IMG/VR virus record: IMGVR_UViG_3300031994_000003
Span: 194,820 to 258,819 of that record
Source of the DNA: a virus
Lineage: Duplodnaviria; Heunggongvirae; Uroviricota; Caudoviricetes
Strand: one strand, 5' to 3'
DNA length: 64,000 nucleotides
Made by a program: the position numbers and the translations under genes. The notes under the pieces were generated by a model. It was not told the DNA's origin. It was given only the letters and a program-made list of their open reading frames with translations, and did not search any database. Shown piece after piece: positions 45,504-55,807 of this stretch; within the stretch, counting starts at the first letter, position 1; every line of letters starts with the position of its first letter.

Positions 45504-47699
45504 CTATTCATCTTCTTCCAAATTATCATCTAATTTTAATTCAAGTACAGATAAATAGTTATCTAAAATCTGTCTTGTGATTGGTTTGTATTCTAATTTT
45601 CGTGCATTAATACTTAATGGATTTTTAGCTGTAACTAATTGTTCAACTAAATCTTGACGATCATCCATTGAAGTAGAATATGTACGAAGTAATTTTGCTA
45701 CTAAATCTGGGCGTTTAGTAACAAATAGTGCCTCAGTTTCCATTTCACCAAGACGTAATGGGTTATCATTATAAAGTGCTTTACGTTCTTTTCTAAGTGT
45801 TGATTTAGAAGGCATGTTTTTAATATTAAGCATACCTTTAGAACGAATTGAAAGTTTATTAGAGCTTTCATGTTTTAGTCTTATAAAATATTCATCGCCA
45901 ATTATTAATGGCTTTTCAATATTTTCACATTTATATTTTGTAACCCATTCTGGATGATCTTTAAATAATTCAACAAGATCTTCCATTTTTGTATTTCCAA
46001 CGAATGGTGGCTCATGAATATAAATACCGTCTTCTATAACTTTATCTAAAAAATCATGTGCTTTTACTCTATTCATTGTCATCATCTCAATATCAACAAA
46101 TTCATTTTGTTCTTTATTGATATGTTTTAAGAAATCTAAATAGATTTCTTTCTTTTCTTCATATGTTGGAGCTTCTTTCATTGCTTCAACAACATGATCT
46201 GCTATGAAATTGATATATTGTTCAAATAATTGTGCTGGATTAATACGTCCAATTACACCAAGTGGATTTAAACAAATATCTGCTCTATGCTTACCATCAG
46301 CAGTATGCGGCATTAGATCATCTGGAAGTATTGCTGAACAAACACCTTTATTTCCATAGCGTCCGGTACATTTAGCACCAACTGTTAATGGATTTTCTTT
46401 TAATATTGTGATTTCTAATTTGAAATTATCATATCTCTTTCCATCACTTCTCCATGAAATACGATCATCAATATACTCATGTGCATACTTCCATTTATAA
46501 TCTAAATCATCAGTATATTTATTTTTATTTAATGTTCGTTTTAATGGACGTTTGTAATAAAATCCATATTCTTTACGTTCTTGAATATAAGCATCTCTTT
46601 CTGTTCCAGATAAAGATTCTAAATATTCTTCTTCCGTATAAGCTGGAATTATTGTTTCTAATAATTCTGCTAATTCTTTATAATAATTATATTGCTCCTC
46701 GTAAATCTTTACAATTTCTCGTAAAAATTCATTACCATTTTTATTATCTTTTCCATATGCTTTCTGTTTTAATAATTTCAATGGAGCATTAGAATAAATG
46801 TTAATATCTGCAACTTCTCCACCACATGTGTAATAGATTTGGTCTGTTATATCAATTTCTTTCATTCTATGTTGTTGAAAATTATATAAAACATTTTGAG
46901 AATCTTCTCTTCTTGATGCAACTAAAATATTTCCTTTAGTATGCTCGCCAACTTTTGGTATTGAATGATATTCTGGAATTTCTTTATCCTTTTCATAATC
47001 AGAATATAGATTTAATAAAATATCATTTGTATTTACAGAGATTGTTGTTTTCTCAACTTTAAAACTTGTTAATTTCTTTGCGGCAGATTCAGAAATAACA
47101 AATCCATCTTCATAAGTTAATCCATATGCTGGAAGATAACATGCTTTAAGATTTACACCATATGCAAAATTACCATCATCATCATAGTTATCAGACTTAT
47201 AAATAAATTCATTTTCCTTAACTATATCCCCAACTTCTCTATCACTTAAACAATCATTAACACGATATCCATACTCTTCACAAATATTTACTGCATGATT
47301 AACATCAATACAATCATAAATACCATTGTCATATTGAACAACTAAAGTATAATTAGCTGCATTCTTACGAACTTTACCAATTATTCTAAATTGTCTTTGA
47401 GCTTTCTTATATGCAATAGAATATTTACCAACTTGATTTTCAAATCCTGTAAATATTTTTGGAAATTCTGGATTCTTTAAATGTACTGTTTGATTAATGT
47501 GGTTAGAAAACATTTGAAGTCTTTGCGTATCACAGTTATTAACAAATGGACTCAATAATTCTTCACTAAATGGATAGTGAGGATTTTCTTCTGCATCCTT
47601 TGGAATATTAAAATTAAAATAAGGTGTATTATCAGAAATTTTTAATGTTTTCTTTTTCTTTTTTTGTTGGGCTTTCCACTCTTTAAAGAAATTTGCCAT
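45504..47699 (-). CDS. multisubunit RNA polymerase beta subunit, C-terminal part (split subunit)
   Basis: GRYGNKGVCSAILPDDLMP and LNPLGVIGRINPAQLFE match beta GRHGNKGVISKINPIEDMP and LNPLGVPSRMN. RLGEMETEAL...STSMDD matches the beta C-terminus KFGEMEVWALEA...TVKSDD. Confidence 0.8.
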   Translation of the reverse strand: MANFFKEWKAQQKKKKKTLKISDNTPYFNFNIPKDAEENPHYPFSEELLSPFVNNCDTQRLQMFSNHINQTVHLKNPEFPKIFTGFENQVGKYSIAYKKAQRQFRIIGKVRKNAANYTLVVQYDNGIYDCIDVNHAVNICEEYGYRVNDCLSDREVGDIVKENEFIYKSDNYDDDGNFAYGVNLKACYLPAYGLTYEDGFVISESAAKKLTSFKVEKTTISVNTNDILLNLYSDYEKDKEIPEYHSIPKVGEHTKGNILVASRREDSQNVLYNFQQHRMKEIDITDQIYYTCGGEVADINIYSNAPLKLLKQKAYGKDNKNGNEFLREIVKIYEEQYNYYKELAELLETIIPAYTEEEYLESLSGTERDAYIQERKEYGFYYKRPLKRTLNKNKYTDDLDYKWKYAHEYIDDRISWRSDGKRYDNFKLEITILKENPLTVGAKCTGRYGNKGVCSAILPDDLMPHTADGKHRADICLNPLGVIGRINPAQLFEQYINFIADHVVEAMKEAPTYEEKKEIYLDFLKHINKEQNEFVDIEMMTMNRVKAHDFLDKVIEDGIYIHEPPFVGNTKMEDLVELFKDHPEWVTKYKCENIEKPLIIGDEYFIRLKHESSNKLSIRSKGMLNIKNMPSKSTLRKERKALYNDNPLRLGEMETEALFVTKRPDLVAKLLRTYSTSMDDRQDLVEQLVTAKNPLSINARKLEYKPITRQILDNYLSVLELKLDDNLEEDE

Positions 47700-48367
47700 T
47701 ATTCTGTTTCCTCCTTATTTTTCTTTTGTTCATTTAATTCTTTAAAATAATTTTTAATTTCTTCTTCTCGTCTATTTTTAATAAATTCACTATATTCATT
47801 AATCTTAGCTAAGAAATCAACATCTTCTTCTGTAAGTAAAACTTCATTATATTTTACCTTCCAATCAACAATTAATGGATAATATAAATAACCAGTTAAT
47901 TGTTCAATTAATTCTTTACCATTTGGCATCGGAATAGTTGTAACAATTTTTTCTAATTTCTCTAATGCTGAAATAATTTCACTCTTATGTGGCATTAAAT
48001 CAACATCAGGAAATACACATTGAATAATTCTAGCAGCTGCTAAGAATTCAATTAATCCATCAGATTCTAAATATGAAAGCATTTGAACTTTTAATTCTTC
48101 TGAATTTTTCTCAGGATCTTTATAATATGCCTCTAATAGAGATTCAATATATCTCATTGTTTCTTTAAAAGACAATTGAATGTAAATTGGCATTAATGTT
48201 GATGAAACTGATTCATTTGTATTTTCTACTAAATATTCTACAGTATCGACATCTAATAGAAGAGACTTACGATCACTTTCTATGATTTTATCAATATCGT
48301 TCTCATCGAAATCTTTAACCGGCTTATTTACTAATTGTGTGAGAACTTTAATATTTTCTTTAACCAT
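47699..48367 (-). CDS. hypothetical protein (222 aa)
   Basis: Start/stop-coupled to the beta C-part gene. It could be a further RNAP-associated subunit, but no motif supports this. Confidence 0.35.
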   Translation of the reverse strand: MVKENIKVLTQLVNKPVKDFDENDIDKIIESDRKSLLLDVDTVEYLVENTNESVSSTLMPIYIQLSFKETMRYIESLLEAYYKDPEKNSEELKVQMLSYLESDGLIEFLAAARIIQCVFPDVDLMPHKSEIISALEKLEKIVTTIPMPNGKELIEQLTGYLYYPLIVDWKVKYNEVLLTEEDVDFLAKINEYSEFIKNRREEEIKNYFKELNEQKKNKEETE

Positions 48368-48480
48368 AATTTTATTCCTCTTTTTATTTATTTAATTTGA
48401 GAAACAATAAATAAGAAAGACTTAACATCTTTCTTATTTTATCATTTCGTTTGTAGAATTGCAGAATTAAAAGTATTTAA

Positions 48481-48780
48481 TTACTTCTTATCTACTTCTA
48501 CAGATGGTTGAGCATCAGCTGCTGCTTGAGCTGCATGGTAATCTTCTAATGCCTTCTTAGCACCATAATATGCTGCCATTTGACATGCTCTTTCAACTAA
48601 TCTAGATTTCTTATTTTCCTTAACTAAATCAGCTAAAGCAATAATGTCTTCATAAATTGCTTCAGTAGGAATCTTTTCCTTACCTTCAATTTCTAATGAC
48701 TCAACATCTACAGTACCATCTGAGTTACGCATTACCTTATAACCATATTCTACTGTTGCTTCTTTTTTTACTTCTGCCAT
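48481..48780 (-). CDS. hypothetical protein (99 aa)
   Basis: Intact ORF with its own terminator hairpin at 48410-48437. Confidence 0.35.
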   Translation of the reverse strand: MAEVKKEATVEYGYKVMRNSDGTVDVESLEIEGKEKIPTEAIYEDIIALADLVKENKKSRLVERACQMAAYYGAKKALEDYHAAQAAADAQPSVEVDKK

Positions 48781-48868
48781 TTTAATTCTCCTTTTAAATT
48801 CTATTATTTATTTTTATAACAATAAATGTTATATTATATTGTTACTCATACTTTTTTTAAAAATATTT

Positions 48869-49387
48869 TTAGTTATGTGCCATAATATATATCTTCAAAT
48901 TTTTATAAGTACCTGAAGATATTAAATCTTGGTGTTTCTTTAAAATGATTTCAGGTGTTAAGTATTCAATATTTTGTAATATGAAATCTTCTGGGCAAAC
49001 ATTATTTGAGACAACGAATACTATAAAATTCTTATAGTATTCATAATCTTCTTTTGCAATTAGCATTGCTTCCATCATCTCTGCAACTGTTATAAGTTTT
49101 TCTACACTCATTTTTTCAATTAACTTAGTCCAGTTATAATTATATCCTCTATAAGTAATCATATCATCTATGCTACTATAAATAGATGATATTGCATTAT
49201 CTGCTAATGTTATATAACTACCTGATGAAGGTGTAATTAATCCCGTAGTTGTTCCAAATGATGTAGATTTTTGTCCAGTTGTAGAAGAACTACATGTATG
49301 AGAAGATGATAATGAATTATTTGAAATAGAATAATTCAAATTAGTAGTATCTGCTGTTAATAAAGATGATTTATTTACTCCATCCAT
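48869..49387 (-). CDS. hypothetical protein with Ser/Thr-rich N-terminus (172 aa)
   Basis: Intact ORF coupled to the RecA-like gene. Confidence 0.35.
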   Translation of the reverse strand: MDGVNKSSLLTADTTNLNYSISNNSLSSSHTCSSSTTGQKSTSFGTTTGLITPSSGSYITLADNAISSIYSSIDDMITYRGYNYNWTKLIEKMSVEKLITVAEMMEAMLIAKEDYEYYKNFIVFVVSNNVCPEDFILQNIEYLTPEIILKKHQDLISSGTYKNLKIYIMAHN

Positions 49388-50643
49388 TATTCAGTTACCT
49401 CAGTATTATCATTTTCTACTAATACAACATCTTCAGGTGTTTCATCTGCAATAATTTCTTCATCTAAATCATTATTGTCGTGCGATAACTTAGATGATAC
49501 TTTTAATGAAGCTTTTAATGTTTCTTCTAGAATTGTATCAAATGCACTTCTAAATTCAGGAACAGTTGCTAACTTTTCTTTTAAGTTAGACATTCTGAAC
49601 TTATATTGATCAAATCCATCAAGATACATACCAACGCCTGCACCTTTAATCATATTGTTTGCCTTTAAATATTCAAAGTTAGATAAATCATTATCTACAC
49701 CTTCCATTTGATTAAATACAAATGTAGCAGATTTTCCTGCATCAGTATTTCTAGATTTAACAACTGTTACATTGGAAATAAATCCTTTGATACCATACTT
49801 ATCTTTTTCTTCAAGTTTTTCTTTTGCTTCAATCTTTAATAATAGATTTGCTAAGTATAATAATGCAACACCACCAGAAATAGATTCTGTATTCTTTAAA
49901 AATCTAGTTTGTGCTTCTGGAGGAGTAACACCCATGCTCATGTTTGTTGTAACATGATTAATCATAACTAAAATAATATTTGATTCCATACATGGTTGCA
50001 AGCATCTATTTATAACATCTTTGTTAATAATAGCTTGACGTCCATGAACAGTTAAACTGTTTAATTCTTCACCTTCTTGATAATCTGCAGTTTTCATTGA
50101 TGCAATTGAATCTACAAGAATAAAAGTTGGTGGCATTATCTTTCTTATTGTTCCATCTTCGTTTAAAGCACCTTCAAGATTTGGAACTAAAAGTTCTTTT
50201 TCATGATCTTTTTTAAACTTGGCAACTTGCTTTACTAAACGTAAAAGAGTTTCTGTATAAATACCAACTTTCTTCATGATGACATGTTCTTTATAATAGT
50301 CATCACTCATTCCAGTGATATTTTTAACTCTGGTTTCTGTTGCTGATTGTTCATAATCAAGATAATACATTGTACTTTCATTATATTTTTTCATAATTGA
50401 ATGAATTAACTGAATTGCAAATGTAGTTTTACCTGAACCTGGCTTTCCTACAATCATAATTGGCTTACCTGCATCAATACCGATATTAAAATTTAGTTCG
50501 CCATTCTTTGCATAAGTAGTTTGTCCATTCAAATAATCAAGTACTTGAAAGTCAGTTCTAAACATTAACTGTGGAATGTTGTAACCAAAATCTTTATGGT
50601 TACCTTCAATAATAGAATTTAGTTGATCTGTAATTAGACCCAT
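49387..50643 (-). CDS. RecA-superfamily ATPase (RecA/UvsX/RadA-like recombinase or DnaB-like C-domain)
   Basis: Walker A GKPGSGKTT. Walker B FILVDSIASM matches RecA IVVDSVAAL. Length is 418 aa. Confidence 0.6.
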   Translation of the reverse strand: MGLITDQLNSIIEGNHKDFGYNIPQLMFRTDFQVLDYLNGQTTYAKNGELNFNIGIDAGKPIMIVGKPGSGKTTFAIQLIHSIMKKYNESTMYYLDYEQSATETRVKNITGMSDDYYKEHVIMKKVGIYTETLLRLVKQVAKFKKDHEKELLVPNLEGALNEDGTIRKIMPPTFILVDSIASMKTADYQEGEELNSLTVHGRQAIINKDVINRCLQPCMESNIILVMINHVTTNMSMGVTPPEAQTRFLKNTESISGGVALLYLANLLLKIEAKEKLEEKDKYGIKGFISNVTVVKSRNTDAGKSATFVFNQMEGVDNDLSNFEYLKANNMIKGAGVGMYLDGFDQYKFRMSNLKEKLATVPEFRSAFDTILEETLKASLKVSSKLSHDNNDLDEEIIADETPEDVVLVENDNTEVTE

Positions 50644-50878
50644 TATTTAATCTCTTCCTTTCTCTTTACTATATTCGGATTTTTTACATCCGGCCTAAAA
50701 TATAATAAATTGTTGAAGTCATTATTTTTAAAAATAATTGATCTACAGAAGTATTTTATCAACCATTTTTATAATATATAAATTCATCAATTATTATATT
50801 TTATAATTATAAATCATTTTATTTTTAAAAAAAGAAAGATGAACAATAAATTATATGAAATGAAAGAAGCTGATATTT

Positions 50879-51211
50879 ATGGATAGAGAAACTATTTCAA
50901 CAATATTAAATGAATTAGATATACAAGAAAATTCATGGCTTGCTATAGAAAATAAAATTCCTCTCCTATTCCTTTCTCAAGATGGCAATATTTATTCGGA
51001 TGATAAAACACAGCGTTTTAGATTCAATTCCTCAAAACAACTAGTTGAAATTGTTTATGGAAAGACTATTGATAATACTTTTTATTCATTAGACAATAAG
51101 ACTTCCAACTTTATTCCAGATTCATTTATTTCATATGATTTAATAGCTGGCATAATTCGCTCCGTTTATGCTGGTCCAAACAATACATATTTCCAAATTC
51201 CTTTCAAATAG
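50879..51211 (+). CDS. hypothetical protein (110 aa)
   Basis: Intact ORF on the plus strand. Confidence 0.35.
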   Translation: MDRETISTILNELDIQENSWLAIENKIPLLFLSQDGNIYSDDKTQRFRFNSSKQLVEIVYGKTIDNTFYSLDNKTSNFIPDSFISYDLIAGIIRSVYAGPNNTYFQIPFK

Positions 51212-51249
51212 TATTGTTTTCATATTTTTTCCTCCTTTTATAAATATAA

Positions 51250-51282
51250 GAAAAGATAAGTACATAAGTACTTATCTTTTCG
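51250..51282. terminator. bidirectional terminator hairpin between convergent genes
   Basis: AAAAGATAAGTAC-ATAA-GTACTTATCTTTT, a 13 bp stem flanked by A- and T-runs. Confidence 0.6.
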
Positions 51283-51284
51283 TT

Positions 51285-52025
51285 TTATTTTAAATCTTTT
51301 TTTAATGTATAAGCAGTTTTAAGAGTCTTTGTAACTAAATCAGATCTTAAACCTGATGCTAATAGATATGTATTTAATGTATTTAATGCTGTATGTTTTG
51401 TTAAATCTGTTGTTAATTTACTTAAATCAGCATAACCATCAACTGCAATTTGATTATAGAAGTCAGACTTCTTATCAAATCCATCTGCTCTTGGTCCATA
51501 AAATTCTTCCATAATTTTATCAGCATTAACTGCAAGAAGAGCATATGCTTCAGAGTCAATAATACTTGCAACTTTAGATTCACCTGTAACTTGTCCTGAT
51601 TTAAGTCCTCTCTTTTCAGCATCAGTATTAATATGATTCTTTTTCTTAATCATTTGTTGTAATCTCTTAATAGGAACATAACCAACAGGAACTGGATAGT
51701 GTGTTCTAATTGGTTGGTCATCTTTATCTCTATACCATACATATTCCTCTAAAGGCATATTTAATATATCTGCTGCTTTTTTGATTTGTGTTATTTTACA
51801 TTCTTCAAATGGTAATTCAAAAATTTGGATTGTTGCATCTTCTGTTTGTCCCATAGATTCTGCCCATTTAACTAATTCTTTTGGGTCAGTATTATTGAAG
51901 AATAATTTATATCTTTCTATATTTAATTTTTTATCATTATCTAATGCAGTAACAACATCCATTACAAGTTTTTCAATCTTTTGTAATTTTGTTATTTGCT
52001 CTTGTGTTAATCCTTCTGTTTTCAT
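51285..52025 (-). CDS. hypothetical protein (246 aa)
   Basis: Intact ORF. Confidence 0.4.
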   Translation of the reverse strand: MKTEGLTQEQITKLQKIEKLVMDVVTALDNDKKLNIERYKLFFNNTDPKELVKWAESMGQTEDATIQIFELPFEECKITQIKKAADILNMPLEEYVWYRDKDDQPIRTHYPVPVGYVPIKRLQQMIKKKNHINTDAEKRGLKSGQVTGESKVASIIDSEAYALLAVNADKIMEEFYGPRADGFDKKSDFYNQIAVDGYADLSKLTTDLTKHTALNTLNTYLLASGLRSDLVTKTLKTAYTLKKDLK

Positions 52026-52043
52026 TTAATCACCTCAAATTTA

Positions 52044-53486
52044 CTATGATCCTCTGGCGTTTGAGAATAATAGCCAAACAAAATACATAAATACAGCAAC
52101 TTTTATATGTAACCTTGTTCCTTCATTCTTATGTGTTTGATAATATGGACTAAGAGTATCCAAGAAATCTGCAGTCATTTCACGAACTTTAAGAATATTT
52201 GGATCATTAGAGTTTGGAGATTTAAATATTTTCTCAGATGCTATTGTAAATTCTGGACTCTTTAAGTCTTTTGCAGTTCTTTTTTGTCCTTTATCATTTA
52301 AATTTAACATATATGAATCTACAATTGCAGCACAATATGTTTCTAAATCTTTTCTTTTCTTTGTAACTATTTCATATAATGCACCACGAACAATTGTATT
52401 ATAAGTTGTTCTTGGTCCGAATTTATCATTTAAATCTTCTTTTGTTAATTTACTTGGATTATTAGCGTCTGGCTTATAATATGCTTGCATTACAGCTAAT
52501 GTTAAAACATCCTCATCAATTGGAGCTTTTGCTAAAGCAATTATTACCTTTTTAACTAAATTAGATTTTACATATGATATTGAGTTTAATTCGACCGAAT
52601 ATGATGTTCCTGCAGAATCTTCTGCTGTTGATACACCAGTAGAGTTTTTGAAGTCTAGTATGTATTTTTGTCTTTCTCTTGGATTATTATATACACTATA
52701 ATAAATAGACGCAATACCTTTTACAATAGATTCGATTCTTGTTTTAATACCTGACCATATAACAGAGTTACATACATAATAATCTCCATCTGCAGATACA
52801 CCACTACCAGAGTTTATTATTGGTGTATATTTATTAGATTTTTGCATTTTAACTAATTCAGGAATATATAAATCAAATGAACCAGATGACGTATCTTCAA
52901 TAACTAAACTTACTTGTCCAAGTTTTTTAATTTTATATTTATTAGTAATAGCAGGATGCATATTAATAATACCCTGGATACATTTATATTGTAATGATTC
53001 TTTATCAAATGAATATGGATTTCCAAAATATTTATTTACAGCAGATGCATATGCTCTCATATATGCCATTAAATAAACAAATTTAGCTTCACGAATTTTA
53101 TTTTGTTTATATAATGCAACAGCATATGCTAAAAAAGGAATAGTCATTAAATTAATTTGATTTTTACCCTTTGTTTTACCAAATTCTGTTGGAATTTCTC
53201 CAACATATTTACTTGAAAAGTAAAGTTCTGTAATCTTTTTCATATCTGCTTTCATTATACTAAATAATTTATCCCAATCATTATCATTAATAATAATTTG
53301 TAATCCAATTACACTATCATTTAATGCTTCTTGATTTGTCTTTTTATCTAATATATATTGAACTTGTCTTTGAAAATTTCTGAACACTGTACCATCTTTA
53401 GCAATATCTTCAAACATTGGAAATATTTTTGGCATTATAACATTATCATTTATAATTATTCCTCTTTGTTCATTTTCAAGTTCCAT
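52044..53486 (-). CDS. hypothetical protein (480 aa)
   Basis: Long intact ORF with no catalytic motif recognised. Confidence 0.4.
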   Translation of the reverse strand: MELENEQRGIIINDNVIMPKIFPMFEDIAKDGTVFRNFQRQVQYILDKKTNQEALNDSVIGLQIIINDNDWDKLFSIMKADMKKITELYFSSKYVGEIPTEFGKTKGKNQINLMTIPFLAYAVALYKQNKIREAKFVYLMAYMRAYASAVNKYFGNPYSFDKESLQYKCIQGIINMHPAITNKYKIKKLGQVSLVIEDTSSGSFDLYIPELVKMQKSNKYTPIINSGSGVSADGDYYVCNSVIWSGIKTRIESIVKGIASIYYSVYNNPRERQKYILDFKNSTGVSTAEDSAGTSYSVELNSISYVKSNLVKKVIIALAKAPIDEDVLTLAVMQAYYKPDANNPSKLTKEDLNDKFGPRTTYNTIVRGALYEIVTKKRKDLETYCAAIVDSYMLNLNDKGQKRTAKDLKSPEFTIASEKIFKSPNSNDPNILKVREMTADFLDTLSPYYQTHKNEGTRLHIKVAVFMYFVWLLFSNARGS

Positions 53487-53532
53487 TATATCACCATCTT
53501 TTTATATTATACATAATAAATTGTTCAAGACA

Positions 53533-53576
53533 AAAAAAATATAAGAAAAAAAGAACCTAATCTTCTTTAGGTTCCT
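53533..53576 (-). terminator. rho-independent terminator
   Basis: Stem GAACCTAA / TTAGGTTC next to a long A-run, which is a T-run on the minus transcript. Confidence 0.55.
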
Positions 53577-54075
53577 TTTCATTTAAATTGATGAAGCTTA
53601 GCAATCCAGTTCTATATGTATAAACATCTGGATCATCATCTTGCTTAACAACACCCTCCAATATTTTTTGAAAACTAACTACCTTTGGATAAAGGTTTTT
53701 AGATTTTCTTCTTTGCGTCAATATAGTCTTTAAAACAGCTCTCATATGATTTAGCTTTGCTGCTGAAAGCATACCAAATTCAACAATGTGATAATAATCG
53801 ATCATTACTTTATCTGCAATTGATTCAATTAAAACTAACTGCTCTATCAGATTTTTTACTTGTTCGCAGTTCATCTTAAATACCTCACCAATTTCAGGAA
53901 TATTGTAATCTAATACAAATGAAATATCACTTGCTTTAACATCACACTTTGTTTCATTTAATGCTAACATTGCATCTTTGTATGATATATCATCAGCAAC
54001 ACTAATACCAAAACTTCTTAGTTGTCTTACGGCAGCCTGACGCTGAAGTGATTGTGTCTTGCTCAATTTTGACAT
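53557..54075 (-). CDS. hypothetical protein (172 aa)
   Basis: Intact ORF divergent from the plus-strand paralog array. Confidence 0.35.
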   Translation of the reverse strand: MSKLSKTQSLQRQAAVRQLRSFGISVADDISYKDAMLALNETKCDVKASDISFVLDYNIPEIGEVFKMNCEQVKNLIEQLVLIESIADKVMIDYYHIVEFGMLSAAKLNHMRAVLKTILTQRRKSKNLYPKVVSFQKILEGVVKQDDDPDVYTYRTGLLSFINLNEKEPKED

Positions 54076-54176
54076 TTCTAATTACCTCCTTTATGTCTAA
54101 ATTAATAATATACTAATAATTTTATGCAAAAATTAATGTTGAACAATTTATTATATATTAAAAAAGTGGTGATAAA

Positions 54177-54563
54177 ATGAACAAATCAACAATTAAATAT
54201 ATTATAGAAAATATTTTAGATGATGAATTAAATATAATAACTCCATTAAGTAATTGTGCATATATTGTTATAACTAAACAAGAATGTAAATTTTTAAAAA
54301 CACATGATTACCATTTTATGTTTGATCATGATAATGAACTATTACGAGTATATCCAGTTAGATTAAGACATAATCAACCAGAAGATGGTATTTATTATAT
54401 AAATATTGATAATATTTATTATGAGTATCTAACAGATAATGATGGAAATCCAGTATGTGATTATTATCCATACGATCAAATTCAAATATTCAAATTATGG
54501 AATAATTATGAAAAAGATCCAGATGATAATGGTCATTATTCAAAAACTAATTCTGCTAAATAG
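54177..54563 (+). CDS. small protein, member 1 of a tandem paralogous family (128 aa)
   Basis: First of four consecutive, similarly sized plus-strand ORFs of about 100-130 aa with shared N-terminal patterns and overlapping stop/starts. Confidence 0.4.
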   Translation: MNKSTIKYIIENILDDELNIITPLSNCAYIVITKQECKFLKTHDYHFMFDHDNELLRVYPVRLRHNQPEDGIYYINIDNIYYEYLTDNDGNPVCDYYPYDQIQIFKLWNNYEKDPDDNGHYSKTNSAK

Positions 54564-54574
54564 GAAGTGATATT

Positions 54575-54871
54575 ATGACTACTGTACAAATAACATCAAT
54601 ATTATCTTCAATTAATGAAGAACCAAATGTTCTTACAGATTTAGATTTAGTATCATCAATTATGTTATATAAAAATTCTTCTATTTACCCAACTGGTCAT
54701 AATAAATATATTTTTGATAATGATAATGAAATACTATTAGAATATGAATATAATGAGGAATATGATAAAAATATTTTACAAACTGTTTATTCGTATTCAT
54801 TAATATTTGGCTTTACTATGGTTGATAGAACTCATAGAAAAGGCATGCATAGATTGGGTGTGAGCAACTAA
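54575..54871 (+). CDS. small protein, member 2 of tandem paralogous family (98 aa)
   Basis: Starts MTTVQITSIL, comparable to MTKEQVQAFL and MTTEQIRYIL in the following ORFs. Confidence 0.4.
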   Translation: MTTVQITSILSSINEEPNVLTDLDLVSSIMLYKNSSIYPTGHNKYIFDNDNEILLEYEYNEEYDKNILQTVYSYSLIFGFTMVDRTHRKGMHRLGVSN

Positions 54872-55200
54872 TGACTAAAGAACAAGTACAAGCATTTTTA
54901 AATCTAGCAGAAGTTCCATCAGATCAATGGACTAAAATAACAAATATTAATTCATTTGATATTGGAAATGATGGTAATCAAACTGTATCTGAAAAGAGTT
55001 ATTATTATTTTAATACTAGTTTAGAGTTATTATTAATTAAAGAATATTATTATAAACTTATTGGTGATCAATGGGTATTAATTCCAATTTCTGAAAATAC
55101 ATTTGATATTGCTATATCATTTGAATCTATTACATCAGTATTATTTGGACAACCGTACAAGGAATCTCCAAATGAATTACTAGGAAGTGTGTATAACTAA
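54871..55200 (+). CDS. small protein, member 3 of tandem paralogous family (109 aa)
   Basis: Its start codon overlaps the previous stop (ATGA). It has a shared D-x-W-T and E-L-L-x-x-K-x-Y-Y pattern. Confidence 0.4.
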   Translation: MTKEQVQAFLNLAEVPSDQWTKITNINSFDIGNDGNQTVSEKSYYYFNTSLELLLIKEYYYKLIGDQWVLIPISENTFDIAISFESITSVLFGQPYKESPNELLGSVYN

Positions 55201-55592
55201 TGACAACAGAACAAATTAGATATATTTTAAATATAAATGGATTTAATACAGATGAATGGACAACATTATATATTGATAACCCAAAATCAATTGGTGTAAT
55301 TGGATTATCTGGAGATAATAATATTATTGTAAATCCAACATCAATTCAATTCTTTTTTGATACAACAAATGAATTATTATATACTAAAAAATATTATGGA
55401 AATGGAAAACCAAGTAAAGAACAAAAAGATACTTTTACTATTGAAGTAGAATTTGAAGATAATACTTATTATTTTGAGCCTTCACCAAATCAATTATTTA
55501 ATGAACATTTAGGGTATATTTCCGAAGCAATAGATTTTAATACTATTGTGTCTATATTACCACAAAAGAATTCTGTATTCTCAATTTATTAA
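55200..55592 (+). CDS. small protein, member 4 of tandem paralogous family (130 aa)
   Basis: MTTEQIRYILNINGFNTDEWTTL resembles member 3 MTKEQVQAFLNLAEVPSDQWTKI. Confidence 0.4.
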   Translation: MTTEQIRYILNINGFNTDEWTTLYIDNPKSIGVIGLSGDNNIIVNPTSIQFFFDTTNELLYTKKYYGNGKPSKEQKDTFTIEVEFEDNTYYFEPSPNQLFNEHLGYISEAIDFNTIVSILPQKNSVFSIY

Positions 55593-55599
55593 AAATAAA

Positions 55600-55629
55600 A
55601 TAAGATAACATTACGTTATCTTATTTTTT
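55600..55629 (+). terminator. rho-independent terminator after the paralog array
   Basis: AAGATAAC-ATTAC-GTTATCTT followed by ATTTTTTAC. Confidence 0.6.
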
Positions 55630-55807
55630 ACTTAATCGTCATTATAATAAAACCAATAGAATATTTGTGATGCTGGTAGGATTAAAATGTATAATAATAA
55701 AAACCATGTATTGAAAAAATATGCTAAAATTATTGGAATAATATCTATTATTATGACAATATATGAAACAATTATAATTGAAATATACTTCATTAATGTT
55801 TTCATAA

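Noticed and set aside
41097-47699. Group II intron splitting the RNAP beta gene.
   Set aside because: The beta halves are in the wrong order for a single interrupted gene (C-part upstream of N-part). No domain V-like hairpin or intron-boundary motifs are seen. Three additional unrelated ORFs lie between them.
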